A stretch of DNA of 63,461 bases, counting the filler, from Perkinsus chesapeaki ATCC PRA-425 (lineage: Eukaryota > Protista > Perkinsozoa): assembly GCA_013115145.1 (NCBI GenBank). It is 15 parts of 15 records of this genome, joined end to end, with 100 filler letters (N's around TTAATTAATTAA, not from the genome) between each part and the next. Parts side by side here need not be neighbours in the genome. Positions count along the whole stretch, not along the records: positions 35,196 to 52,243 come from JAAPAO010000691.1; 14 more parts are not named here. One strand, 5' to 3'. Below are positions 36,186 through 49,985 of this stretch, piece after piece. The notes beneath the pieces were generated by a model that did not search any database, had not been told where the DNA came from, and worked only from the letters and a program-made list of their open reading frames with translations. The position numbers were made by a program, and so were the translations under genes. Position 1 is the stretch's first letter. Each line of letters opens with the position of its first letter.

Positions 36186-36350
36186 ATACTTCTAGTGGTC
36201 CTGTGACCAGCTCATCTACTACTAATGCTCCTGTGACAGTAACAGTGTGACCAGCACACCTACTATTAGTGGCACTGTTACCAGTACACTCAGAACTAGC
36301 GGTGCCGAGACCAGTACAACTACTTCTAGTGGCCCTGTGACCCGTATGGG
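36186..36350 (+). repeat. Degenerate Ser/Thr-rich coding-like repeat (mucin-like remnant)
   Basis: Recurring ACTTCTAGTGGYCCTGTGACC (TSSGPVT) units broken by a frameshift and stops. Confidence 0.5.
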
Positions 36351-36741
36351 CTACTCCTAGTGGTGGGTAACATTTGGACATACGGGGCATCATGGAGCTT
36401 GGCATTGTTCCTGTACAACTAAGTATCCGTGCACCTTGCCCTAGCCCGCTTAGCCCTACTTGTGCAATAAATGGATTTATTATCTTCAGCTTCCCTGAGC
36501 ACTTCGCATGTCCTCTTTTATTTGGTTCGGTGACGTTTTGAGGGTGCCTGTGACTTGCAATTTACTCTCCAAACACAACCGCATTCGAAGGGAGAACTGA
36601 TCAAGGAGGAGTACAGAAGAAACGTAAAGTGTTTTTAGTAGAAAAATGATCCTGATAAGATTTCGCTCACTAACAACACCAGCTGAGCGTCGGGAATTAT
36701 GGTATGTCTTTAGCGCCGCTCGCCGCCTCGATCAATCGTGT

Positions 36742-39700
36742 TTACGGTCGACCACCAGCCTTTTCCTTGAAGCTGCTGTAAAGAGCTTCTTCCAACTTCT
36801 TTTTGGCCCCTTCACACGACGTTTTAGTATCTTCAACTTGACCCATGTCCTCGAAGATCTGTCCCATTCTAAGTAAGGCATATGCCCGGCGCATTCTAAT
36901 CTACAACAGACAGGCATGTGCATTACACCACAAGCAACGAGCTCACCTGCCACGGAACTGAAATATCCATCAGCACTCTTTTGCATATAATCTTCACAGT
37001 GTGCTCGATGTCAAGTGCACACATGTCCCAAGCCGTTCGGAGGAACACTGGCAAAGCACTTTCGAATTCCTAAAACGAAAATGAAGGGCAAATCAGAAGA
37101 AATGGATAAGACTCACCTCAGAGGCCTTCTTCAAATCATCGTCATCAAGTTCGATAGGAGCATCATCCTCGCCAGTCTCACCACGAGCTGGAAATGAATA
37201 ATTTAATGGCGCGCGGGAAATAAGTTCATACCTCTGCGTTCTTGTTCTCTCCTCTTGATTGCTTGTTTTTGAGCTTCCTCCGTTGCGTTTTGCATTTTAT
37301 TCAGGACCATCCTGAACAAAAACACATCGACACGAAATGGACGACGTTCTCGAGCGATGTGAAAGATATCGAACGAAATCGGGTGCCATCTTGGAAGGAG
37401 CCACGCTGGCCGTATCATCGTGTCCTACTAAAAAGAATACTTTTTAGTGTGTTTAAATGTGTTCATCATGCTGGCCTACTAATGAATATACTACAAGCTT
37501 TATGTACATTATGAAAGTTATACTTATTCATATCAATTAGTATCGAGATGTAGTAAAGCCGAGAACTGTGCTCAACTTCAATGGCACATATTTCATCTCG
37601 TTCGGACCTATGCCAATTTGAGCTATCTTGGCGGAACGTACGGCAATCAAAAGCAACTCAATCTTGAAAGTTTAGCTTTAATCGGGTTTTCATAAGATGA
37701 TGAAAGATTTGTCTGGTAGGAGGACCACACACCGCAGGCTTATGATAAAAAGTGAAATACCATATTAACATTCCCCCCGCATAGCAACATACTTTAAATC
37801 ATTGCACATTACCCACCCTATCGCCCAGTGCTTACGCCGCCTTAACCATTGAAGATGCCACAGAATACTTGTTCGACATCGTACGGCTGGTTGCCTTCCA
37901 TGATGCAGTCTGACAACAATAATTTCCTGGCGCGTGACTTTAACATCTCTCGACTTACCCTTCTTGCCCAACTCTTACCACACTCCTCATTGATGAATTG
38001 AGTGGCCCTATTTTGGTACATCCAACCAACGGTTTGCAGCAACGGAGCACCGAAAGATGTCTGACAAAGAGAACAACAACAAAAATGACAGGTAACCAAG
38101 TTAACCTCAAAAATATCTTTTACATTAGCCAGCACTTGTGCCTCCTCTATAGTCTCATTAATGAACCCTTGCTCATCACGGGCAATCACGTAACGGTCCA
38201 ATCGTGACAGCAACTCTTCAGCACATTTAATCTAAACTTAATAATGCCGCCCCCAACAGACGGTTTAAAATATCTTTGAAAGTTGATCTTGAATGGAACT
38301 AATTGATCTTGAATGGAACTAATTAAAATCATTATAATGATTTATAAAAAATATAGTGTAACTTCACATTCAGCGATGTAATACTACCTACGTGTAGACG
38401 AACAAAAGATATCAGCCCTCGAATGATGGTGCATTCGGACGTTTCTTTCGGTCTAAAACCACATAATTTCCGATATGACAGAAGAGCACTGCTCGAAGGG
38501 TGCATAACTCCTTGTATATAACTGGGCCACACACTGTCAATATCACTGTCCCCATAATTGTGTAATCAGCAGACATTAAAGATCCAGAATTCGCCTCGGA
38601 CAAAATCTTCCTTATTTTTCCGGCCTACTTCCCGCCTGTGTTGCTGCCTCTTGGCCTTCCTCTTCTGGTCAGTATCCTTACTCATCTCACTCTGCAGCAA
38701 TCTGTTGGTATAATCCTCGTCACTCTCTCCGGGATTCTGTTTCATATCTCCACGTTTGGTGGCCTTATCAACTTCCTGCAACATAGCGTCCGCTTGACTT
38801 GCCAACTCCAAATGACCAATGAACGGTAAGAACTTCTCAGACCCTGAAAACGCGATTCATGAAACGCTTCGCTTCGCTAAAATGAGCTCACCAAATAAAA
38901 CAGCGAAGAAGAGCTTGGGGTCCAATGTAGCGACATTGTCTTGGACACCTTCGAGGCCTTGAGTATCATACTTCTTACGAAGCTCAGGATCGGACAGGCA
39001 CTGAATGAACGATAATACTACATCACCAAATCTAAGTACTTCCGCCGCCAAAGGGGCTCGAGAGCTCATCAAGTGGCGGAAAAATATCTTATGCACCCTT
39101 TCAAAACATCAACGAGATCTTAAGCTAGATGAGCAAACATTGCAATGCAAGGTATGGAGCGAATTATCACACCTACGCGTTGATACAATATATTAACGTA
39201 GCGTCATGAACATCTGTAGCACGCACTCTCTCAACTCAGGTACAAATATTTATACATACCATTTTTACATCACACGCACATATCATTCGACACAGGAATG
39301 ATAAGTTTTCCACTGCCCTACCTGATAGGCCTGTGATAGCTCCTGGAACTTCTTATGTGCTTCAGGATCATTAGGGTTCTTATCAGGATGCACCACCATA
39401 GCTTTCTTATAATAAGCCTTCTTAATCTCCCCTTTACTCGCATTTGGCTTAACACCAAGTACATCGTAGAATCTGATAACAATGAAAAAAGTAACAACCG
39501 ATTCCCCACAATGAAGAATACGAAGACCAACAGAAGTCCCTAATTTCCTTCTGCACATTCGCGACCAGCTGATCCCGGTTAATGGCAGAAGCTCTTAAAT
39601 ATTGTTAGCTTTGATTACTTTTTCAATCTCATTTCGGAAGGACAATACTCCCTCAATTTGGAACAGAGTTGAAGTTCAATAGACTACCCAACTGCGAGTT

Positions 39701-40649
39701 TCACAGTATTAGCAATGGCCGAGCATCAACCTCGAAAGAATCTTTCAGCAGTTTCACATATTATGATAAAGCAGACCATATTAAGATAATGCCTGTCCCT
39801 ATCAAACTTCAATCAAAACAAAAATACATTCGCACAGAACATCAAGCTCTCATAACACTTCGTACCGCTCTCCCCTCAACTTTCGGATAATTGAGTGATA
39901 CCCCCCGGGTACTGGCCTACTTGGTATCGACAACTTCACCATCATGGCCACCACCTTCATGCTCGGTATCGGAATCAGGGTCCTCGGGATTCTCATGAAC
40001 CTCTCTGATCAACTCTCGAAGATTCACAGTCTCATCAACCCATGCACCAAGCTCGTCATCCCACTTCATGTACCTGAAGAACGACACTCCTATTAGCCTT
40101 CTGGGTATCTTGCACGCTTCGAGGTAAGATACGCACTGAAACTCACTTCTTATTTCCAGCTCTGATTGCTTCTGGTGTGTTGTAAATACCGCGACCGACT
40201 TGAACCGCGCCAGCTGCTACACCGCCGATACTCAACCCAGCAAATCCAACAACACCTGAAAATCCAAGTACCCCAAACAACCTACAGCGTATCTTGCACA
40301 CTCAACCCAAAGATACTTACCCTTAGCTAAGCCCGTGAAGAATCCTCCAACTCCCTTTTCCTTAGCTCCAACCGTCGGTGCCGCAACAAGTGTAGCCGCA
40401 CCCGCAAGGATACCTCCACCGGCTGCCTTAAGCCCAGACCCAACACCTAACATCAATACCCTACATCACCAAACCCGCACAGGTTCGATTACCGCTGAGG
40501 GCATTTTTCGGTCTGCTTTGGTTCATAAGATCTGTATACCCATCCTTGTCAGCATATTGTTCATCAATGGCTGCCAATGACTTATTAAGTGTTCTCCTCT
40601 TCCCTCCTTGAGTTGCCAATGCTTCCTGTTCTTGTCGTTCAGCCTCCAT
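36742..40649 (-). CDS. DnaJ (type III) protein with an internal J domain and a C-terminal X domain, multi-exon
   Basis: [33 protein letters not shown] (HPD motif), [23 protein letters not shown] and X-domain-like [46 protein letters not shown]. Stop at 36742-36744. Confidence 0.9.
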
Positions 40650-41063
40650 TTTACGGGCGAAGCTGTCGTCGTGTAACTAGATAAACCATATCCTCATGTT
40701 CGTTTACAAGTACGACTTCACCCCATATAGAACTTCCAAGAATCCCTCGCTTTCGTATCTCCGAGCATCACATGCGCAACTCAGAGTCCTCAATGTGAGC
40801 ATCATATACATTAGTGAAAAGTTTTGCGTGTCACAACTGCGCGTGGTCGATTCTCGGGAAACCCAGTACGGGGATTTCAACAGATCAGCAATCGTAAGAG
40901 AATCCGTTTCGGTTGTTGAGGAAATTGCCCGCCAAGTTTGCCATCTCTATATGACGCGTACTGTATACTAATATATCCCTATAACACATAAATCATACTC
41001 TATGCGAGAAAAGCTACCAATTTTCCCACAATTCTTCCATTAATATTTTCCCGATCAGCTTTT

Positions 41064-41829
41064 CTATCTTACCACTAGTGCTTCAGTTTCAGTTTTCTTC
41101 TTATTCTTCTCCTCATCCTCCTCAGGTATCGGCCCCAAGGTCACTTCCTCCTTCCTCGCTGTTGTCGGTGCGCTGCTCTCCGGCGTTGATGATGACGATG
41201 ATGTCGTCGAAGGGACAATCGGTGGAGGGAACTCTGTGGGGTCATATGGCGCCAACTCGGAAAATACTTCAAGACGAATGTGATTCACATAGCCCAAGCT
41301 CTAATCAACAAATCGATCACGCGATCGATTATGCTCGACCTCTTACCTCTATGCTCCACCGGCAACCTGGCACCTTGGCGTCACTCAACTGCATACCACC
41401 ACCGAGCGACTTCAAACCTGACAAGAAATTTACAAATCATTTTTTTCATAAATTTTTACTTTCGGCGACTTCAGCAAGAGTCGGCCTCTCCCCTGGTTCA
41501 CCATAACGCGCCATCATAGCATCGTCACGCGCCATGAAACTATCGCCATCCGAATCGACACGAGTCGTCGCCGGAGGCGGTGCTTCGCTCCGCTCGTCTA
41601 GCGTCTCATGTTTCTTAGATTTTGACTTCTTCGATTTCAAAGCCTTTGGCTTATGCCAATGCCTTTTATGACTTTTCTTTTCCTTCTCTCGTTCCTCCTC
41701 TGCGCCTACGTGCAAATTATCATTGTCATACCACACTTTTCTCAAATCACCGCCAAGGAGTGGTACAACAACAACCAAGGAGGAGAGGCCTAATTTTTCC
41801 CAAAAATTTCCCAGAAAATTTCGTACCAC
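41064..41829 (-). CDS. Hypothetical protein, multi-exon, with charged and low-complexity regions
   Basis: Two protein-like ORFs can be joined through a small exon with GT-AG boundaries. The start is uncertain. Confidence 0.4.
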
Positions 41830-42771
41830 TCCTTCGCAGATTCGTCCCGTTACTTACTTTGTGCAGCGTTGTCCCATTCGACCTTCAAGTCGTATGGAGG
41901 AGCTCCGGCCCAGGCCTCGAAAATGCCTTCGCCGGCTAGAGGATTAGAAAATATGAAACTGAAAAACACCACATGCGAGGATAGAACCAGCGACCTCACG
42001 ATCCACAAACACGAACACTACCCACCTGAGGTATTTATCCTGACTCTGTTCGCTGACAAGCCATGCCAGGCCAGAGACGCCGCTGACAGTATCCCCCATA
42101 TTGTTGAATTCTATAGTCGTCTCTGCGTGCGCATTCACATGCTAAAAAACTAAATTCCTAGCGGAGCGACGCAAACCTTTTCACTATTACCTTGCAGCGA
42201 TTACCCGGGGCCCAGTTGCCGCTGTCGAACCATTCACCATCGGCAACGAAGGTTTCGTCCGACCTAATAAAAACCATAATCTATTCGATACAACCTCCAC
42301 GCCCCCAACGCCTCGATTGCACAACCCTGAAAGGTTGCCTGGATTTCTACATTTCTCGCTATTAGGATGAATCTTCTACGAGGAGTCATAGTGATACCAT
42401 CTATCACAAGAAAGCGAGGTCAATTCCAATAAATGCCGGGAGCCTTTCAGAAGTAATCGATTTCAGAGATGCGATTGAACCACAGAAATTTCTCATCACA
42501 CAATCCGAATTACCGCTCCCGCGTCAACGCATATTAATAAAAACCCCTTAAAGGTAGCCAAGTGAGCCCAGAAAGTACCTGTTATCAACGGTGATCCTGA
42601 AGGCTCTGGAAACCATACTCTTCTTGCTACAACCGGAACCAGTCTTGCCGATAGTGCTAACGGATGCAGGGTCGACAGGCACCATGGAGTCGGGGACCAT
42701 GGCATGGATAGATGGACACTCAACAGCTTCGGGGAGACGTCTGAAGAATAGAAGGAAGAATGAGGGGAAAA

Positions 42772-42859
42772 ATACAAAATAGGTTAAAATGGAAAGATAC
42801 AAAATAGGTTAAATGGAAAGATACAAAATTGGTTAAAATGGAAAGATACAAAATAGGTT
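42772..42859. repeat. 25-bp minisatellite, about 3.5 copies
   Basis: ATACAAAATAGGTTAAAATGGAAAG units start at 42772, 42797, 42821 and 42846. Confidence 0.9.
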
Positions 42860-44258
42860 CCAATGAAGATATACAAAACAGGTCAAGTATGTTACCTTTG
42901 AACGTTGACAATCTGAACTCTGCTAGGTTCCACTCCATAAACATAAAGCCGGACAACAGCATGCTCTGAATCGAGAGAAACTACCTCCCAAGCGCACCCA
43001 TCTGCCTTATACAGATGACCGGCTCGTAATTGATGCTAAAAACAAAACAGTCATTACAGCCCAATCGTCAAGAAGCTCTGCTATCATCCCTTCCACCCTG
43101 GTTCGATTCCACCATATTACCTTTATTGCCGGGGCTTTGTCCAGCATTAATCTACCATCCGCCAGAGATGACCCTGCTCTAGCTGTGAATGTTGCATCAG
43201 ATGATTTGCCGTTATAAAAGGCTAACGTTAGGAATACGGAATGATCAACCGAGGTGAAGTTTACAAAACCTTCAACACCACTGAAGGAACCTGAAAAGTA
43301 TGAACTAGGTCACAGCTAGAGGTGTCAGAAAAATGTCCCGAAATAATAAGCCACAACATGCACTTGGCGTTTTCATAAATGCTCAAGCCACGAGGAGAAC
43401 GGTCCTTTATTGGTAAGATATATAATAATACAACACGCGTAATCGAGGAGCTTATTCCTACCACTAGAGGAGCATCGATTGCAAACTGCTCTACACTGTG
43501 ATTTAAAGCGGGAAATCGAATATGAAGCTAGCAGCAAATTATGATATTTGTGAAAGACAGCTCCTAAACGGCATAAAGCCACCCAAAGGCTCTTCTAGCG
43601 GATGTGATGAAGCAATTGAAGAATGCACATAATGTAATCCATTCCTTTGATAGTACCGGTGTTTTCAAATTCAAGTAAAGTGCTCTTATCCAGGGCCTTT
43701 GGTCGGGAACCCTTCCAATCACCATGCTCGAACCTATAGGTAATATGACGGAAGTACGGTATAATTAATATTACATTTCGCCGGCATATTCTAGCTTTTG
43801 TCCAAGCCAATTATCGACCTCTACTGAGAAGGTCTTAACCATTATTATCAATAAAACACTGAAAGTTACTCCATTCACGATTAGAGGGAAATATGGTATT
43901 AAACCATAACACAATTTACTACCACTCAGCCAGCAGGCCACTCTAAATAATATTACATCACAATAAACCCAATAACCTTCCTCCAGCAATCAAGTACCAA
44001 ATTATTAATATACATTTTAATCTCATTTCTATAATATATCACCATCGAGATTTCCCATTTCTTTTACTATACAAAAGCAAGCTCGGGGACCTATTAAAAT
44101 TTCTCTAGTGTATTACCCATACTATCACTCAACTAGTACTCTTTAATCAAACTATCGATTTGTCCCACCCTTTGTGCCAAGCACCGCAATGTAAAAAGCG
44201 CTCGCCATCATAATCGATTTATTAACATGCTCTCTGACTTTAAGTCACAGTTGCCAGC

Positions 44259-44510
44259 ATGCTTTTAATATTGTTATTGGTTGGGTCTTGCTTCGGAAGT
44301 TATGATGATATCAATCCATTAAGTGGTGAAGATTATGCGTTGATGGTTAATAAATGTGGGGGACAGATGGATTGTGTCAGTAATATGGGAAAAGCACGCT
44401 TCGACCTAAGATACGTTTTTGAATCTTTCGCTGCCGAATTCCTCACGAGTCTTCAATCTTACAGAGTTCATTCTGCGTCGCTACGATCCGTACCGGACGT
44501 AGCAGCTTGA
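44259..44510 (+). CDS. Small hypothetical secreted protein
   Basis: Signal-like MLLILLLVGSCFGS in an 83-aa ORF. No domain recognised. Confidence 0.35.
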   Translation: MLLILLLVGSCFGSYDDINPLSGEDYALMVNKCGGQMDCVSNMGKARFDLRYVFESFAAEFLTSLQSYRVHSASLRSVPDVAA

Positions 44511-47500
44511 AGGTCGGCACCCTTTCACTCTACCACCAAGCTTACCAATAAATTTCAATTATTAATATCACTTTTAATTTTTATTGAAACCGACGTTATG
44601 TTGTTACTAGACCTTTCGATCCATATATGCTGTAACCGTCTTAAGTAACCTTACTCGCAAGTACTATTATAACTACAACTGTATTATTAGTACTTTTATA
44701 ACTCCTACAACCGTTTTTTCCAATCACTAACACCTGTTCAATTACTCCTGTGGAGTACAAGTTTGTTTTCTCCGAAATATCTTTCAGGTTGCTACAACTC
44801 CTCCTACCTCTGCCACTGGTGCGCGGACAACCCCGAAGATCCACCTGGTCCCGATATCCCCGGCACATGCCACTATAAAGGATCGGTATACGGCTGTAAA
44901 TATGGTAGTAATAGCTGGTATTAATGTTATTAAAGGCAGCATTAGGGGCATCGTGCTCGAAGGATGCATGCTCCTATACAGAGTGTAATACGTGCGAGAA
45001 GGCCGGATGCAAATGGTAGGTGTAGGAGGGAGTAAGTAGGAGCCGTACCGCAATTGGTGGATATCCGAATTATACCGAAGAAGGAATCTTGGAAAAGATA
45101 CTTTGAAAATGTGATAAAATATATAGCATCACACCGTCCCATGTATTTTAGCACGCTGTGTAAAAAAATGCGAAAAAAACCGAAGTCCTGGCATAGGATT
45201 TCCTGGATGAGGGACAGTGTCGGTTTTTATTCCTCATACCGACTTTTCCTCTAATCAGGTGCGGAGGTGACCAACAATGTCATCATCAATACAGCTGGAG
45301 CTGCGCTATGTCCAGTCAATGCTTCCCTAACTCGCAGTGTAAACGTGACAAGCCACAGTAAATTATGTTAGCTTCAAGCATGCATTATACACCTCCTTAA
45401 GATACGTCGGTACTGTTTGGGCACCAAGAGCAGTAACTTGGTCTCTACTTTTAATAGTATTAATTGTTGGTAGCTGTGGAGGGATGACTCTGTTGACATG
45501 CAGACGAATGAAGGTGATTAAATGGTTCGTTCAATATCGTACAAATGGGCGACTCGCGGGTCCAAAAAATGTTCCATAGTGTTTTTGAACTAGTTGCGAT
45601 TGATCTTCGCTAATAGAAAATGACTCGCAGTTTTTCGCTGGATAAATGACCTGGTATGATTATTGAAATGTTCACTTTAGAATGTAGTGGCGAGATCGAA
45701 CAGGCTCGATAGGCAGCTGGCATCGGAGAGGCTGAGATCAGCAGCGAGGAGGGACAGACCTAGTTTGGAAGGTATTTTGGGGCGCGCGGGAAAAGGGGAA
45801 TTTATCATATACCAACATATTCATTGAGGTATATCATTATATTATAATGATTATATTATATTATTATATTTTGCATTGTTTGTTCCAACAAGATATATTG
45901 TCTTGATTCTAGAGATAGCTCTACTCGTATCCTTCAATAAATCTGAAAGTTTGTTCAGATTTATTTTGCATCGAAGTCGGACTTTCCTGATAGTTTGGTT
46001 TAGTTTTAACAGTTGATCTATTAGTGAGCTGCTAAATATAAGATATGCGGTGGTATTGACATGGGTGAAGTATGTCACTGTATGTATCTGAAATTCGTTA
46101 TTATTGCATAATTTGAAATGTTTATAAAAGTTCCTACTTCATGGTCCTTTTCTATGTCTTCACGATGTCATCTTTGACAATTTCTGGACAACTGCAGGTG
46201 GCCCGCGGTAGGTCATCGAGGACTGATTTTATGCTCGTTAAACGAGATTCATTCTGAGGGGCGAAAATCTGTTGTTGGTAGCGATTCTCAGTAGGACAAC
46301 ATTTCTTCATTTTAGCTGAAGAAGCCCTAATCGATCACGAAATCGATTATGATTCTAGAGAGGTCGATGTCCTATCACTCGCCTCGCTACTGGATCCCTG
46401 TGCCGCTTGCATTTATCGAGCTGTTGGATGCTGTTGGCTATTTGGAATGTAATAACCGAGCGCGAGTTCGAACCCGGGGAGGGTAAATTTATTGCCAATA
46501 CGGAGTCATATCTCACTAGAGGTTCACCGTTGATGTACAAAACGGTAGTGAAAACATTGTTTACGTTTTTCGTACCGAATCTCATACGTCTCTCCCTGTA
46601 GTACACGAGACCCGAATTCCAGACTGGAATTTCCAGTTGATTCCCGCTTATTCTTAATTCTTATCAAGTGGTTTCTGCTCTGCTCCGGAATCTCAAGTCA
46701 TTGTTAGGATACTATTATCGATCCTCGCACTTGGTGTAGCAATATTCTGGCCCCATGCACCAACGGTGAACTACTGCAATGTAAGAATTGAAATAAAATT
46801 AGATGAGTTATTAGTTGGATGATATTAGGTTGAACTGGTATGGAACAGGACGTTGGCCATGGTGGTTGAAAGTGCGTTGGTTAAAACAGATATTGAAATG
46901 GAATCTTTGGTGTCGATATATAATCCTAATAAGTTAGGCGTCAGGTAATAATGGAGGGTCTGAATATTGTCAGCGTTAGCTTGACACTGACATCAACGGA
47001 GTAGTCGAGGGAGGTGCATTACCTTGATGATATCCAAATTATATTCACCATTAAATATTATTAAATAGTTGTACATTGATAACGGTATATAATAAACTAA
47101 TCGTCTCACGGGCTTCTACAGTATATTATTCAAAATCAATACGGAAACTCTGACTTCAAATCCCGTGATGATTGTGTGTGTAACTTGTGATGACCCATGA
47201 CGCATAAATGAGTACTACGGGAAGTTAGCCTTGCCACATGACCGGATAGTTATCTTGAATTGTGATACGCGTAGAGGTATATAATAGAGAAGAAGCTGAT
47301 GTGAGGACAGGTCGAAAAGTATGAGTTGAAAGTATTCCGAGGCGGATGGCGCTGAACGAATACATTATATGTGGTACTCCGAGGAAGCTTTCGATCGGCT
47401 GAGTGCCCTATGTGCAATTGCGAGATATTTAATCTTTATATAGATGTCAACGTTGGTATTTAGTGGCGGAATTGGGCGGGTTAGGTGGTGTCAGACTCAT

Positions 47501-49985
47501 ATTATGTCCATCCTTATATGTCTTATGCTATTCAGAGTTAACCATTTATCTGGTAACATATTCTATAAAGGAGCTGAGATTGGCACTTTGGCACTACATA
47601 ACTTTTATGGTAATAATACAGGATGCAGGGGATGTATCGAACCAACAGAATTTTTACCAAAAATCTGCTATCAGCGGGGGTGTGAGTCATCGTTGGTTTT
47701 CGGCAAGGCACCATAACAACCATTACATCACGACCCAGCCCGAGTTAGGGCAGATTTGATGCAACTTAGTTGAGGCACCGAGCGGCAATGCAGCGAATAG
47801 GCCGTATCCGATAGTATCGGATCGATATGGTTGTCAACCATAAGGTGACCATCGTGACGATGATATCGTTAAGATGCTATCATCTCAAATCCTCCTGCTT
47901 ATACGGATCCAGGAATGACAGTGGTACACAGCGTCTCCTTCAAACTGGGATCCTCTCGCACAATCAACTAGTCAGGGTGCGTCTTCGTATTCGTCGAGGG
48001 CCCAATTTGCGCGTCCTCCCAGTTCCTTGGGATAGTCATCCCAACGATGACATCATTGACGAAGTCGTTACTGGGATAGTATCTCTCTTAACGAGACTTC
48101 TTCGTAGATAATGATTGTGGTCAGTCCTAGACACCTAGGGCCTCTCTCACCAGTTCGATTAATAATTGAGCGTGCTATCATTCACGGATTACGTGACAGT
48201 ATGGCATGAACTGTAGAAAAAGCTGGTGTGTACAATAGGTAAAACACTGATCGTATGGTGCGATATGGCAGAGCTGGGGGTGATGATCAAACTAGACCGC
48301 TTGCACGTCCTGTTGAGCTTCGCCAGAGCGATACCGTCGAACCACTCTCGCAGGCAGGATTTGTTAAACAATCCGATTATCATCAGAAAACTCTAGCGGT
48401 AACCCTTATTATTCATTGCCTTTTTCCCCATGATTAACGACGATGCCCATTTCAGCGTCGAGGAACTGTGTCAGCTCCTCGACGCCCTGTCAGACTACAA
48501 CGATAGCCTGACGAGGTTGGTGGCAGCCTGAAAGAGTATGGATTAGAGATGGAAGGATATCAAGTTCAAACCTTTCACAACGGATACTTCCATCTTACAA
48601 GTTCGACATGTTATTGTGAGTGCGTTTAGGATAATCCGAACTCACTCCCGCATCTTGCAACCATCGCTGCAATCAGACAAACTAGTTTTCATAGTAGTAA
48701 TTCTCACTATCTCTAACTTTAAGCATGTTGTGTTGTGATGCTAGTCCCTAGCACTAAGCGCTGCAAGTGTCCGCTTCACTGGGTCACGGAATGATACTGA
48801 GTTCACTCTCAAAATTGTTCCTTTCGGCGTGCTCCAAAGTTGTTATATACTATTTCAGCTCCGGGAGGATACGTGTCGGATGGACTTGGTTTGATAACAT
48901 ATAGTGCACTTGACCGGGCCGCTGAGATGCTTATCGACTACAAATGGAGTAATGGTGACAGCTAGAGGTGTCAGAAAAATGAAATGCGCATATTTCAGAT
49001 AAGGATTTGGTATTGACTGTTACAGGAACGATATCATTCGACATATTGTGGTAATAAAATCCATAATTTGGGCGAGCGCTAAATGCACAACAGGCCGAAT
49101 TCGGAGGTGTTGACATCTTTATCGGCAAGCGTACCACCAGCTATTATTAACGTTAATAAAGAGCCTGATCAAAGATACTGTAAATGTCAAGTATGAGTGG
49201 GTTACTAAGAGCGTTGAGTGACGGTTAGATTATCTCCGGACTGCTTCAGGGATATCGCTTGAAATACCAGGTTTGATCCGTCATATTATTTACAATGATG
49301 GTGTTTTATTCCTGAAGTCAGTTGGTGTTTCTAGAGCGTTGCTTCACTGTTTTTGGTGAACTATTTTTATGTCTAGGGTAGTTTGTTTGTGTCAGGGTAA
49401 TGTGACAGATGTATCGGAGAAATGGTTCTTGCCGGTCACAATGGATGATGAGTAGAATTGATTTATTACATTGCATTTATCGTACAATTATTATTATTAC
49501 AAATTCTGACTACTTTCATGAAGTGATTTTATTTATTTATCACAAGTAGTTTAGTTTATTAATTCGGGAATATAAGATAATGAAACGGTTGATCGATTTC
49601 ATGGCGTTATGACTATTCTCGGTATATTCTACCGCAACGTATCTGACTGTTGCATCATTATTGATTAACGGTTTCATTGTTACTCATAATAACAAGGTTC
49701 TTCTTCTATCCCGTTCTCACCAAAATCTCATTTTGCTAAACACTCAAGTGCTGGACTAATTTGAGTTGTAGTAACGCGTTCGATCGGGTTGGAATCAGTG
49801 GTATAGTCACCCACCAATTTTACGAAGTCATGGCTGATATATTTATCTTGTAACACGGAAGTACTTTCTGAGTTTACCAGCTAGCAAATTTGAACGCTAA
49901 ACTGGTGTTCCAACACTAGGGTAGTTGGGATCTTAAAGGATACATTTCACCGATGATGATACCTCCCCCGTCCCCTCAAGGAGGC

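Noticed and set aside
43100-43110. Perfect B box GGTTCGATTCC
   Set aside because: Only 3 of 5 T-stem pairs form and there is no acceptor strand or A box. One such match in 63 kb is plausible by chance.
46462-46484. GCGAGTTCGAACCCGGGAGGGTA resembles the tRNA-like fragment in the 28629 intron
   Set aside because: No intron boundaries could be assigned, and it reads as plausible coding sequence (EREFEPGEG). It is kept out of the tRNA-intron count.
44600-49400. Scattered exon-like ORFs
   Set aside because: This region probably holds lineage-specific genes, but no gene model could be supported by eye.
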